Made by a program: the position numbers and the translations under genes. Below the pieces are notes generated by a model, which was not told the origin of the DNA, did not search any database, and worked only from the letters and a program-made list of their open reading frames with translations. Below, piece after piece: positions 29,718 to 38,982 of a stretch of DNA of 64,000 bases (positions are counted from its first letter, which is position 1; each line of letters opens with the position of its first letter). This DNA is from Candidatus Dojkabacteria bacterium. Lineage in GTDB: Bacteria; Patescibacteriota; Dojkabacteria; SC72. The stretch is from assembly GCA_050950145.1 (NCBI GenBank), contig JBMNHB010000001.1:300458-364457 (forward strand), read 5' to 3'.

Positions 29718-31040
29718 ATGAATATTTTAAAGAACACTTCTTTTAAAACCAAACATTTTTCCTTCTTTCTCCTAATTCCGCTAATTCTTCTTTTAATTAT
29801 TGGAATAGTTACATTATATTCTACTTTAATTCTTCCAACAGGTGGATTAGATACAACAGATATATTTACAAAACAAATAATTTTTCTTGTAATAGGAATA
29901 CTCCTTTTCCTCTTACTAAGCTATTTAGATCTTTCATACCTAAAACATTGGCAAGTTCTGCTTATAATCTATGCAGTAACAATAATCTTACTAGTACTAA
30001 CACTACTCTTTGGTCCTGTTATTAAAAATGTAAAAAGATGGCTAATTATAGGTGGAATTCAGATACAACCATCAGAGATTGCAAAATTCACAGTCATAAT
30101 CGTAACCTCTGTAATATTCTCTATGAAAGAGAAATACAATGAGTGGATTCTTTTTCTACTATCCTTTCTTTTTCTTGTTCCAATCTTAGCTTTAATATAT
30201 CTGCAACCTAGTGGTAGTATGATGGTTCTTACTCTGGCTATTTGGTTCCTTTTAGTATTTATGGGTCTTAATAATCCAGTAAGAAACGCAGTTATACTAA
30301 CAATTCTTCTTTCAACAGTTGGTGCTTTCCTAATATCTTCAATCACAGGTAATAATCTATGGTTCTTGTTACTAATAGTTGCTGTTGTAGTTGGTATATT
30401 TGGTTTCTATGCAAAGAGTAATTGGAAACTTTTCATTATAATTTCATTTGTAGTAGCACTTCTCATTGGAGCTCTATCTTCTGTTACTTGGAGGAATCTT
30501 CTTAAGGATTATCAAAAACAAAGAATAGTTGCCTTTATTAATCCTGAAGGAACATCATCAGATAATCTTTTTAATGTTAATCAATCTAAGATAGCTATTG
30601 GTTCTGGAAGGATATTTGGTAAAGGTTTTGGTAATGGAACACAGAGTAAAAGAAACTTCTTACCAGAGTTTAGAACTGACTTTATCTTTGCTTCCTATGC
30701 AGAGGAATTTGGTTTAGTAGGTAGTCTTTTTCTAATGCTTTTGTATGGTTTAATAATTGCTTTTTGCTTTATGACAGCTGTTAATTGTACTGGAAATACA
30801 ATGTATTCTTTAATTAGTATGGGTGTTGGTATAAAGATGTTACTTGAGATATTTATTAATATTGGTACTAATACAGGTAGTATTCCAGCTACAGGTATTC
30901 CTCTTCCCCTTATGAGTGCAGGAGGAACGATTACAGTAATGACTTTGGTATGTTTAGGATTAGTGCATAATATTAGTTTAAAGAATAGTCAAAAACTTAG
31001 GACGAAGAAAGGCGATATTATTGACGTGTATGAGGATTAA
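29718..31040 (+). CDS. rodA: SEDS family peptidoglycan polymerase (RodA/FtsW)
   Basis: RW...GIQIQPSE.AK, QSKIAIGSG, GTQS..FLPE..TDFIF, TGIPLPLMSAGGT. Confidence 0.85.
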   Translation: MNILKNTSFKTKHFSFFLLIPLILLLIIGIVTLYSTLILPTGGLDTTDIFTKQIIFLVIGILLFLLLSYLDLSYLKHWQVLLIIYAVTIILLVLTLLFGPVIKNVKRWLIIGGIQIQPSEIAKFTVIIVTSVIFSMKEKYNEWILFLLSFLFLVPILALIYLQPSGSMMVLTLAIWFLLVFMGLNNPVRNAVILTILLSTVGAFLISSITGNNLWFLLLIVAVVVGIFGFYAKSNWKLFIIISFVVALLIGALSSVTWRNLLKDYQKQRIVAFINPEGTSSDNLFNVNQSKIAIGSGRIFGKGFGNGTQSKRNFLPEFRTDFIFASYAEEFGLVGSLFLMLLYGLIIAFCFMTAVNCTGNTMYSLISMGVGIKMLLEIFINIGTNTGSIPATGIPLPLMSAGGTITVMTLVCLGLVHNISLKNSQKLRTKKGDIIDVYED

Positions 31041-31051
31041 TATCTAAAACA

Positions 31052-31080
31052 TTGACTTTTTTACCTACATAACATAAAAT
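31052..31080 (+). promoter_or_regulatory. sigma70 promoter of rplU (near-leaderless)
   Basis: TTGACT-17 nt-TAAAAT, then 8 nt to ATG 31089. Confidence 0.65.
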
Positions 31081-31088
31081 CCATACCT

Positions 31089-31514
31089 ATGGCAGACAAA
31101 AAAGCTACAAAAACTACAAAAAAGACAACAACTAAGAAAGCTGTAAAATCAGCAGTTAAAAAATCTACTCCTAAAAAAGAAGTTAAAGTAGAAGCAAAGA
31201 AAAGTGATAAATTTGCTGTAATTGCAATCTCTGGAGTTCAATTAAAAGTATATAAAGGTAAGGAATATGAAGTAGAGAAATTAGAAGGTAAGAAAGGAGA
31301 TAAGATTGAAGTAAAAGAAGTCTTACTACTCTCTGATGGTAAGGATGTAAAAATCGGTAAACCATATGTAAAAGATGCAGTTGTTAAACTTGAAATTACA
31401 TCTCAGAAAAAAGGTGAGAAGATTGAAGGTTTTAAGTATGCAGCTAAGGCAAGACAGAGAACTAGGTATGGATATAGACCGAGTATTACGAAAGTAATAG
31501 TTAAGAGTATATAA
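31089..31514 (+). CDS. rplU: 50S ribosomal protein L21 with Lys-rich N-terminal extension
   Basis: FAVI..SG.QLKV, VEKL, IGKPYV, GYR...T.V. Confidence 0.92.
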   Translation: MADKKATKTTKKTTTKKAVKSAVKKSTPKKEVKVEAKKSDKFAVIAISGVQLKVYKGKEYEVEKLEGKKGDKIEVKEVLLLSDGKDVKIGKPYVKDAVVKLEITSQKKGEKIEGFKYAAKARQRTRYGYRPSITKVIVKSI

Positions 31515-31519
31515 TTAAG

Positions 31520-32728
31520 ATGCCCAAACAATATTTCTTTGAAGCTGGAACATTCCCAGAACTATCATATACAGAACTTCTTGCAGTTCTAGAATCTTTT
31601 GGATTTAGTAAAGATGTAGTAACTAGATTCGGTTCTAGTATATTCTTGGTTAAAGATGAAAAGATTGATGAAACATTTGTTAAGAATATCTTTGATAGAC
31701 TAGGAGGTAGTGTAAGAGTAGGGGAGATAGTTGAAGATATTGATAACTTCTATACCACAACCAATCAAGAAGGAATTGATAGTCAGGAAGGTAGTAAGAA
31801 AGTAATATTTGGTATTAGCATACTAGGCAATTCTCATAAAGATGATAGTAGATTTCTTAAAAAGTTAGCAAACAGTATTAAAAAAGGATTAAAGGAATAT
31901 GGTATATCATCAAGATTTGTTCTTCCACAAGGAAGAGATAGTTCTCTAAACGCAGCACAAGTAATTAGGAATCAAATATTACAAAAAGGTTTTGAATTAA
32001 ATATTCTTAGACAAGGTAATGAAGAGATATATGGAAGAACAATTAAGATTCAAGATTTAGAGGGTTTTGTAAGAAGGGATATGAACAAACCTGAAACTGA
32101 TACAGAGATGGGTACATTACCACCTAAATTAGCAAGAATGATGGTTAATTTTACAGCACAAAACAGTGGAACTCTTTGGGATCCATTCTGTGGTTCAGGT
32201 ACTATACCTATGGAAGCTGCAATGCTGGGTTTTAACTTCTTAGCATCAGATATCAATCCTCAAGCAGTTAATGATACAGATGCAAATGTAAGGTGGTTAA
32301 GTAGTGAAGGATATATATCTGATACTCTTTATGAGACATTTAGGTTTGATGTTACAAAACCGGATAGTGAGATTGTAAAGAAACTAAAACATACTGATAT
32401 TACATCAATTGTATGCGAACCTTACATGGGTCCACCTCTAACAAGAATTATTTCTGAGCAGAAAGCAAATGAATTGTTGGAAGGTGTTAAGAAACTTTAC
32501 TTTAAGCTTTTTGATTTAATTGACAACAAAATGGAGAAGAGAGGAATTAAAGTTATAATCATTATTCCTTCATACAAAACAGATAGAGGATGGAAAACAT
32601 TTGGTATTAGAGAGTTAGTTGGCAAGAGGTGGATTGTAAAAAATAGTGAATATTCTAAAGAGGACTTGAAGTGGAACCGAAAAAATAGTATTATTACCCG
32701 GAACATTTACATACTAGAGAGATCTTAG
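31520..32728 (+). CDS. Class I SAM-dependent RNA methyltransferase, Trm11/THUMP-like
   Basis: LPPKLARMMVN, DPFCGSGTI..EA, SDIN, EPY(M)G motif IV. Confidence 0.75.
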   Translation: MPKQYFFEAGTFPELSYTELLAVLESFGFSKDVVTRFGSSIFLVKDEKIDETFVKNIFDRLGGSVRVGEIVEDIDNFYTTTNQEGIDSQEGSKKVIFGISILGNSHKDDSRFLKKLANSIKKGLKEYGISSRFVLPQGRDSSLNAAQVIRNQILQKGFELNILRQGNEEIYGRTIKIQDLEGFVRRDMNKPETDTEMGTLPPKLARMMVNFTAQNSGTLWDPFCGSGTIPMEAAMLGFNFLASDINPQAVNDTDANVRWLSSEGYISDTLYETFRFDVTKPDSEIVKKLKHTDITSIVCEPYMGPPLTRIISEQKANELLEGVKKLYFKLFDLIDNKMEKRGIKVIIIIPSYKTDRGWKTFGIRELVGKRWIVKNSEYSKEDLKWNRKNSIITRNIYILERS

Positions 32729-32758
32729 TATGAGTATATAACTTGATAAAAAGAGTAG

Positions 32759-33019
32759 ATGGCAAAAGTTGCAGCAGGAAGTACAACATCTAACTACGGT
32801 AAGGTAGCTGGTAAAAGGCTAGGTGTTAAAAAATTTGCAGGAGAGCAAGTAAAAGCTGGAAACGTTATTGTTAGACAGAGAGGTTCTGTATATCATCCAG
32901 GAGATAACACATACATGGGTAAGACCCATGCAATACATGCAAAAACAGATGGAGTAGTGCAGTTTAGAAAGATGAGTGGTTTTAAGAGGGGTAGATTTTT
33001 TGTTGACGTAATAGTATAG
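32759..33019 (+). CDS. rpmA: 50S ribosomal protein L27
   Basis: [32 protein letters not shown]. Confidence 0.93.
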   Translation: MAKVAAGSTTSNYGKVAGKRLGVKKFAGEQVKAGNVIVRQRGSVYHPGDNTYMGKTHAIHAKTDGVVQFRKMSGFKRGRFFVDVIV

Positions 33020-33029
33020 TCATATATCT

Positions 33030-33776
33030 ATGGCTAAATCCAAATTTATACAGATTGAAAGCAAAAATGCTCTTTTAGAGCTGTTAAGGGAAGGTAGGGA
33101 TTTTGAAACTATCTATGCAGTTAGTAGTGCGTTTAAAGATGAAAAAAGTAAGGAGATATATAGACTTGCAGGTCAGAAGAGAATTCCAATTATTAAGGTT
33201 TCAAGAAAAGCACTTCAGAGGAGACTGAGATCTTCATCTGCAGAGAGTATTGTTGGTATGATGTATTCTCAAAATGATTGGAGTCTTAGTGAATTACTAG
33301 ACACTATTTATGAGAAAGGTAAACAACCGTTTTTTCTTGTTTTAGATGATTTGAAATATACACAGAATATTGCTGCTATAATGAGAACAGCTTTTGCTGT
33401 TGGAGTAAATGGCATTATTGTTAATCCTCAGAAGAAAAGTATAATTACTCATGAGACAATTAGAATTTCAATGGGAGCAGCTGAGAGAGTCCCACTTGTA
33501 GAGATGAAGCTTTTTGAAGCTCTCAAGGTATTAAAGGAGAATGATATTAAGACATATGCAGTACATATGGAAGGAACAAATTACTATGAACAAGATCTTA
33601 GAGGTCCAATTGCATTTGTCTTAGGTGCTGAAGATGTTGGTATTTCAACAGGAATTCTGGAAAGAGTAGATGGTGCTGTATCTATTCCAATGAGAGAAGG
33701 TATTGGATCACTGAATGTTAGTTCTACAGCTGCAGTGTTAGTATATGAGAAGTTGAGGCAGGAAGTTAGTAAGTAA
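33030..33776 (+). CDS. rlmB: 23S rRNA 2'-O-methyltransferase RlmB (TrmH/SpoU family)
   Basis: LD......NIAAIMRTA, VLGAEDVG, SIPM...IGSLNVS..AAV..YE. Confidence 0.85.
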   Translation: MAKSKFIQIESKNALLELLREGRDFETIYAVSSAFKDEKSKEIYRLAGQKRIPIIKVSRKALQRRLRSSSAESIVGMMYSQNDWSLSELLDTIYEKGKQPFFLVLDDLKYTQNIAAIMRTAFAVGVNGIIVNPQKKSIITHETIRISMGAAERVPLVEMKLFEALKVLKENDIKTYAVHMEGTNYYEQDLRGPIAFVLGAEDVGISTGILERVDGAVSIPMREGIGSLNVSSTAAVLVYEKLRQEVSK

Positions 33777-33779
33777 GTA

Positions 33780-34631
33780 TTACAACAATTTCTTCATTAA
33801 ATCATTTAACTCATCAATATTGTTGTATCTAATAATTACTTTTCCTCCTTTTGTCATCTTTCTAATATGTGCTGTATAACCCAATTTCTTACTTAACATA
33901 TCTGAATACTTACTTGTTTGTTCATCTGTAGTTCTCCAAACCTTTGTTGATGAACTCTTACCATACGATATCTTTCTAACTAGTTTTTCAACCTCTCTAA
34001 CACTCATACCTCTTTTTATTGCTAAATCAGCAGCAGCAATTAATGATGTTCTATCTTTAATACCCAGTAATGCTCTAGCATGACCCTCACTTAATCTACC
34101 ATTTAAAACATCTTCCTTAACAGGGTCTGGAAGATTAATTAATCTTATCTTGTTTGTAATTGTAACTCTGTTTAGACCAACCTTTTTTGCTATCTCCTCA
34201 TGAGACATACCAAATTCATCCTGCATCTGTTTATATGCTGCAGCTTCTTCAAGTGGATTAAGATCTTGTCTTTGAACATTCTCTACAATTGCAATCTCTA
34301 ACATCTCCTTTGGAGAACTATCCTTTATCACAACAGGTACCGTCTTAAGTCCTGCAAGTTGAGAAGCTCTTAATCTTCTCTCTCCTGCTATTAAATAGTA
34401 TTTATCCGAATCCTTCTTCTTTGTAATAATTAAAGGTTGAATAACGCCATGTTCTCTAATAGAATCAGCAATTTGAATTAACTCCTCTGGATCAATATGC
34501 ATTCTAGGTTGATATGGATTTGGTTCTATATTATCAATATTAAAATCAGGGATGTAAGAGCTAGTTGAATTATCAACCTGATTAGAACTAATGAGTGCTG
34601 CTAATCCTTTTCCTAATCTTTCATTCTGCAT
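33780..34631 (-). CDS. parB: ParB/Spo0J partitioning protein
   Basis: LGKGL.AL, PNPYQPR, IAGERRLRA, ENVQRQDLNPLEEA, HTH. Confidence 0.96.
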   Translation of the reverse strand: MQNERLGKGLAALISSNQVDNSTSSYIPDFNIDNIEPNPYQPRMHIDPEELIQIADSIREHGVIQPLIITKKKDSDKYYLIAGERRLRASQLAGLKTVPVVIKDSSPKEMLEIAIVENVQRQDLNPLEEAAAYKQMQDEFGMSHEEIAKKVGLNRVTITNKIRLINLPDPVKEDVLNGRLSEGHARALLGIKDRTSLIAAADLAIKRGMSVREVEKLVRKISYGKSSSTKVWRTTDEQTSKYSDMLSKKLGYTAHIRKMTKGGKVIIRYNNIDELNDLMKKLL

Positions 34632-34648
34632 ATTATTTTTTACTTAAT

Positions 34649-35443
34649 TTAATCTTCAAAACGTTTAATAAATTCGTTTGCTAGTTTAGAGTAGGCCATT
34701 GCACCTGTTGACTTATCATCGTATTGGAATATTGTTTTACCATGTGATGGTGATTCTGATAGTCTTACATTTCTAGGTACAACAGACTCAAATGCAACAT
34801 CCTTAAAGAATTCTTTAACATCTTTTACAACACTCTCTGAAAGTTTTGTTCTACTATCATACATTGTTAAAACAACACCTCCAATTTTGAGAGAGGGATT
34901 AACACTCTTTATGAGTTTTGTGGTCTCTATGAGCTGTCCTAGGCCCTCTAGTGCGAAATATTCACACTGTATAGGGATGATTAACCTCTCTGCAGCTGTT
35001 AGCGCATTTATAGTCAGAAGACCTAATGATGGTGGACAGTCAATTAAGATATAGTCATATTTCTCTGTTATTTCCTCTAATTTATTCTTTAACAAAGTTT
35101 CTCTAGATATCATATTAACCATCTCAATTTCAGCTCCTGCTAAAGATAAGTGTGATGGGACTAAAAAAAGGTTAGGAGTAGATGTAGTAACAAATACCGA
35201 AGATATTGAATCTCCTCCCACTAAAACATCATAAATATTCTTGTACGGAGCTTGATCTGTAGAATTCCAACTCTGTTTATCAAATTGTTGGGTAAATCCA
35301 AGCCCAGAAGAGAGATTTGATTGTGGATCTAAGTCAACGACTAACACTTTTTTCTTCTTGTTTGCTAGTGCAGCTCCAAGATTCATGACTGTTGTAGTCT
35401 TTCCTACTCCTCCTTTTTGGTTTGCAATGACAAATGTTTTCAT
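34649..35443 (-). CDS. parA: ParA/Soj ATPase
   Basis: NQKGGVGKTT, DLDPQ.N, DCPPSLG, QCEYFALEG, RNVRLSESPSHG. Confidence 0.96.
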   Translation of the reverse strand: MKTFVIANQKGGVGKTTTVMNLGAALANKKKKVLVVDLDPQSNLSSGLGFTQQFDKQSWNSTDQAPYKNIYDVLVGGDSISSVFVTTSTPNLFLVPSHLSLAGAEIEMVNMISRETLLKNKLEEITEKYDYILIDCPPSLGLLTINALTAAERLIIPIQCEYFALEGLGQLIETTKLIKSVNPSLKIGGVVLTMYDSRTKLSESVVKDVKEFFKDVAFESVVPRNVRLSESPSHGKTIFQYDDKSTGAMAYSKLANEFIKRFED

Positions 35444-35475
35444 ATTTTTAGCTTATCATGTTTCACACTAGATTT

Positions 35476-36084
35476 CTATATCCCATTATACACCTCGTGT
35501 TTAACCAATCTAAACTGGTTAAATGGGAAATATACAATCCAAGCTTTTCCCTTAATGTCTTTTTCATCTATAGGGCCAAAAACTCTGGAATCAGAACTAT
35601 GTGGTCTGTTATCTCCACATGCAAAATATCTCCCTTCTGGAACAGTAATCGTTTCGCCCTCTTTAAGATATTCACCACCATTTGTATATACACTACTACT
35701 TAAGTAGTGTGATTCGTCAAGCATGTTTCCATTAATATATAGCTTTCCATCTTTTAACATAACTGTTTCGCCAGGCAGACCGATGATTCGTTTGATGAAG
35801 TCTTGTGTTTCTGAATACTTAAAGATAATGACATCTCCTCTTTGTGGTTTTTTCATTTTGTATAATATTTTGTTTGCCATTAACATTTCCCCATTTTTGT
35901 ATGTTGGATCCATAGATCTTCCTACAACTTCATGAGGTGTCATAATAAAGAGATAAAGGACTACAGAGATAACCAATGCAACTACAACGGTTTCTAAAAA
36001 TGACATGATAAATTTACCAATAGATCCTAGTACAGAGGATATTTTCTCTGTTGGGGTTAATTCTTCTGGTTCTGAATCGTACAT
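35476..36084 (-). CDS. lepB: Signal peptidase I
   Basis: SMDPT, RGDVIIF, FIKRIIGLPG, GDNR..SSDSR.FG. Confidence 0.96.
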   Translation of the reverse strand: MYDSEPEELTPTEKISSVLGSIGKFIMSFLETVVVALVISVVLYLFIMTPHEVVGRSMDPTYKNGEMLMANKILYKMKKPQRGDVIIFKYSETQDFIKRIIGLPGETVMLKDGKLYINGNMLDESHYLSSSVYTNGGEYLKEGETITVPEGRYFACGDNRPHSSDSRVFGPIDEKDIKGKAWIVYFPFNQFRLVKHEVYNGI

Positions 36085-36154
36085 TTGTTGAGCAGATTAA
36101 ATAATAGTAATTACTAATATACAGTCTATTCAAATGACATTTCTTTGTCAATGA

Positions 36155-36841
36155 TTATCTATCATTTGTAATATCTCCACTCTCTTCTAATGATATTTTT
36201 TCTCCTAAGAAGGTTGGTTTTGGTTTAAAGATGATTTTAAAGAAATCTTTGTTTTGAGCAAATATCTCTCTTGTTAATCTAGCACTATGTCCTCCTAGAA
36301 TATTCTTAGTTGCATTAGCTCCAATTACGTCTAAATCTAGCCTTCTTCCAATATATATTGCTCTGTAAAGATGGTATTCTTGAGAGACAACTATTACTTT
36401 TTCTGCTTCAAATATATATCCTACCCTGTACATACTTTCATATGTTGAAAAACCTGCATGATCCATGAATATATCTTCTGAGGGTACACCTTTTTCAATA
36501 GCGTAATCTTTCATGATATTAACTTCATCGTAATACTCTCTTCCATGGTCACCACTCATTATAATCTTAGGTGCTATACCATTCTCATATAGATATATAC
36601 CTGTATCCAATCTTTCTTTTAGAATTGGGGAAGGGTAGTTACCTCTTACACCACTACCTAGAACTAATATTGCATCATATTCATCTTGATTATCCTGGAT
36701 TGTAATATTTTCTTGGTTATAGACATACTTTTCAGTTGATTTAGTTACATACAAACTTATGCAACCTACTAAAGTAGGAATTAAGAAGAGTATTGCAGCT
36801 AATGAAATGAGAACTTTATTTCTTTTGAAAAAGTCTTTCAT
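36155..36841 (-). CDS. sanA: SanA/YdcF (ElyC/DUF218) family protein
   Basis: ILVLG, ERLD, SGD, E...MK, DHAGFSTYES, SQ.YHLYRA. Confidence 0.85.
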   Translation of the reverse strand: MKDFFKRNKVLISLAAILFLIPTLVGCISLYVTKSTEKYVYNQENITIQDNQDEYDAILVLGSGVRGNYPSPILKERLDTGIYLYENGIAPKIIMSGDHGREYYDEVNIMKDYAIEKGVPSEDIFMDHAGFSTYESMYRVGYIFEAEKVIVVSQEYHLYRAIYIGRRLDLDVIGANATKNILGGHSARLTREIFAQNKDFFKIIFKPKPTFLGEKISLEESGDITNDR

Positions 36842-36850
36842 AATATGATA

Positions 36851-36926
36851 TGGTACCGCTACGGGGAATCGAACCCCGGTTTACAGGATGAAAACCTGTT
36901 GTCCTAGACCACTAGACGATAGCGGC
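36851..36926 (-). tRNA. tRNA-Glu(TTC)
   Basis: GCCGCTATCGTCTAGTGG, anticodon arm ACAGG-TTTTCAT-CCTGT, ends ACCA. Confidence 0.96.
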
Positions 36927-36969
36927 ATTACTCTAGAGATTCTACTATAATTAGATCTTTTTGTGAATA

Positions 36970-37209
36970 CTATACCTCTCCCTTTGCAATCATGCTTAGT
37001 ATTTGTTGTTCTTCTGCAAATGTAGCTCTTTTAAAAGCAGCTAGTTCTTTTTCATATACATATCTTCTTTTACATTTGCATTCAACCATTATCCTATTAT
37101 CAGATAGGTTACCTAACTTTTTAGCTTTAGTTAATGGTGCTGTACAACCAACACATAGTTTTCTTTCTAGTAGAACATTTTGAAATGGTCTTGCTATTCT
37201 TTTAAACAT
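36970..37209 (-). CDS. Small putative Zn-ribbon protein
   Basis: 79 aa with CVGC...CKC. TAGAAT lies 8 nt before the ATG. Confidence 0.7.
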   Translation of the reverse strand: MFKRIARPFQNVLLERKLCVGCTAPLTKAKKLGNLSDNRIMVECKCKRRYVYEKELAAFKRATFAEEQQILSMIAKGEV

Positions 37210-37352
37210 ACTGGACTATTCTATCATATATTTGAACGAATTGGATAACCCATAGCGTTGTCTTCTCTTATATGTGTTGGTATAATGTTGTTGTATATTC
37301 ACATTTGTGGATTACAGCTGTTTAAAAACTCATATTAACAAGGAGGTAATCA

Positions 37353-37739
37353 ATGTCTGAAGAATATAAAGAGAAGATAGTTGCAGAACTTAAGGAAGAA
37401 TTAAAACAACATCCAGTTAAGTTTGGTGAGTTTCGTTTGAAGTTAACTTTATCCTCACTTCGTTCTTATTTCTTTTTCCCACTTGAAACAGATTTTAATA
37501 TTAAGGAGATACGAAGATGTGGAAAAAACTGGGCTGTATTACTCCAAAGAAATTTAGAGAAAGGGCTAGAGTTTACCGATGCCTTATATGAATGTTGTGG
37601 TCTTGCTTGTGGTACGGAGTCTAGAAAACTCCTAGCTTATGCCTCTGTATTTCTGTACTTGTGTTGGAAGGGGCCGGTGTCTTCTTGGAAACTTGCAACT
37701 TTAACAATGGAACACTTTGGGGAAGGCTATCTAGATTGA
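37353..37739 (+). CDS. Hypothetical protein
   Basis: 128-aa ORF with a strong AAGGAGGT Shine-Dalgarno and an upstream TATAAT. Confidence 0.75.
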   Translation: MSEEYKEKIVAELKEELKQHPVKFGEFRLKLTLSSLRSYFFFPLETDFNIKEIRRCGKNWAVLLQRNLEKGLEFTDALYECCGLACGTESRKLLAYASVFLYLCWKGPVSSWKLATLTMEHFGEGYLD

Positions 37740-37759
37740 AATATGAGTTTTTAATATAG

Positions 37760-37841
37760 GTACCATACAAGGTGAGATATGTATACAGCAATGTATATTT
37801 TAAATATCTCGTAAAACCTCAATATGGTGCTTTTTTCTTTT
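37760..37841 (+). terminator. Long imperfect hairpin with GCAA tetraloop followed by T-tract
   Basis: Pairings GTACCATA/TATGGTGC, AGG/CCT, GAGATAT/ATATCTC and GTATACA-GCAA-TGTATAT, then TTTTTTCTTT. Confidence 0.65.
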
Positions 37842-37895
37842 ATCAGTGATATAATCTGATAGTTATATTATATTATTTGAATTAATAATTATAAT

Positions 37896-38651
37896 ATGGA
37901 ACCAACAGATGATTTAGTTTCTGAATCCACACCTCAGGAACAAGGATGCACACCTCTAAACAATAGAGTCATGGGAAATTTTGATCCTAGTTGTTCTTAT
38001 CTTTCGATATTAAAAAATAATAGAACAAATTATGATCCACCACCTGAAAATGGTGGGTTTTATACACTATTTCGACTAACAGAAAGTCAAAAACTTTTCA
38101 TGGCTAAATTAATGGGTATGCCAACGCTTGAAAAGAAACAGAAACCAGGAGAAACAGAGATTCCACTACTTAGCGATGCTATTTATTATGGATTAGATGA
38201 AACAAGTAAAACCTTAATTGAATATGAAAATGATAATCAAAAATTTTTACTTCGTTTAACTCCAGAAATAAATGAAACTTTGTTTTTTAAAGTGCAAAGA
38301 GATCATTTAGTAAATCTAATATCTGCAGGTTTAAGAATAGAGGAAAGGAATGGTTTAGATGAAGAGATAATGCCAACGAAATTATTACTTTCTGGTTATG
38401 AAGATGAGAAGACAATTGCAGAGAAAACTGAGAATTTGCATAATAATCAAAACGGAATTAGGGAAGGAATTTTAGAACTAATATTATTGACAAAAGACAC
38501 TAATTCTCCCTCTCAATTATGCTTAGGTTCTTGGATGACTATTACTTTACCAAAGAATCTTGATTTGGAGAAAAGAGCAGTTGTTAATTCCAGATTTATT
38601 GCGAAACTAGTTGTTAATGGTTTTAGAGTAAAAGAAATTTCAGATATCTAG
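37896..38651 (+). CDS. Hypothetical protein
   Basis: 251-aa ORF, no motif recognised. Confidence 0.7.
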   Translation: MEPTDDLVSESTPQEQGCTPLNNRVMGNFDPSCSYLSILKNNRTNYDPPPENGGFYTLFRLTESQKLFMAKLMGMPTLEKKQKPGETEIPLLSDAIYYGLDETSKTLIEYENDNQKFLLRLTPEINETLFFKVQRDHLVNLISAGLRIEERNGLDEEIMPTKLLLSGYEDEKTIAEKTENLHNNQNGIREGILELILLTKDTNSPSQLCLGSWMTITLPKNLDLEKRAVVNSRFIAKLVVNGFRVKEISDI

Positions 38652-38661
38652 TATCTGAAAA

Positions 38662-38745
38662 TGCCGAGGAGAGGACTCGAACCTCCAAGGGTTTTACCCC
38701 ATATGCTCCTAAGGCATATGTGTCTGCCAGTTTCACCACCTCGGC
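38662..38745 (-). tRNA. tRNA-Leu(TAG)
   Basis: GCCGAGGTGGTGAAACTGGCAGACAC, anticodon arm TATGC-CTTAGGA-GCATA, long variable arm. Confidence 0.95.
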
Positions 38746-38838
38746 TTAGTAGGCTATATTTTACTAAAAATTCGAACTTTTTAACAGTATTAGTGTAAAT
38801 ATAGTATGGAAATAATAGTTTGAAGAGAAAACCCAAAT

Positions 38839-38982
38839 TTACTGTTCTCCCCCAATCACCTTACCATATACTTTAACATGTCCATTCTCTGTATATTCAG
38901 CAGTCTTTAAAACTTCTTCTTGTGTTAAACATTTACCAGGGATATCTTCTCTAACTTCTTCTAATTTAATATGTTTTTTCAT
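38839..38982 (-). CDS. gatC: Mini GatC (C-terminal half of Asp/Glu-tRNA amidotransferase subunit C), 47 aa; absent from the ORF track
   Basis: MKKHIKLEEVREDIPGKCLTQEEVLKTAEYTENGHVKVYGKVIGGEQ. ATGA overlap with the gatB stop; matches the GatC pattern RED.....L..EE.L.NA.....G.FKVP.V. Confidence 0.75.
   Translation of the reverse strand: MKKHIKLEEVREDIPGKCLTQEEVLKTAEYTENGHVKVYGKVIGGEQ

Noticed and set aside
35459-35474. parS-like site upstream of parA (TGTTTCACACTAGATT)
   Set aside because: Only one half-site matches TGTTTCACGTGAAACA (10/16) and it is not palindromic.
37760-37830. SRP RNA or integron attC site
   Set aside because: It lacks the SRP helix-8 internal-loop motif and the RYYYAAC/GTTRRRY ends of attC; no integrase is in the window.
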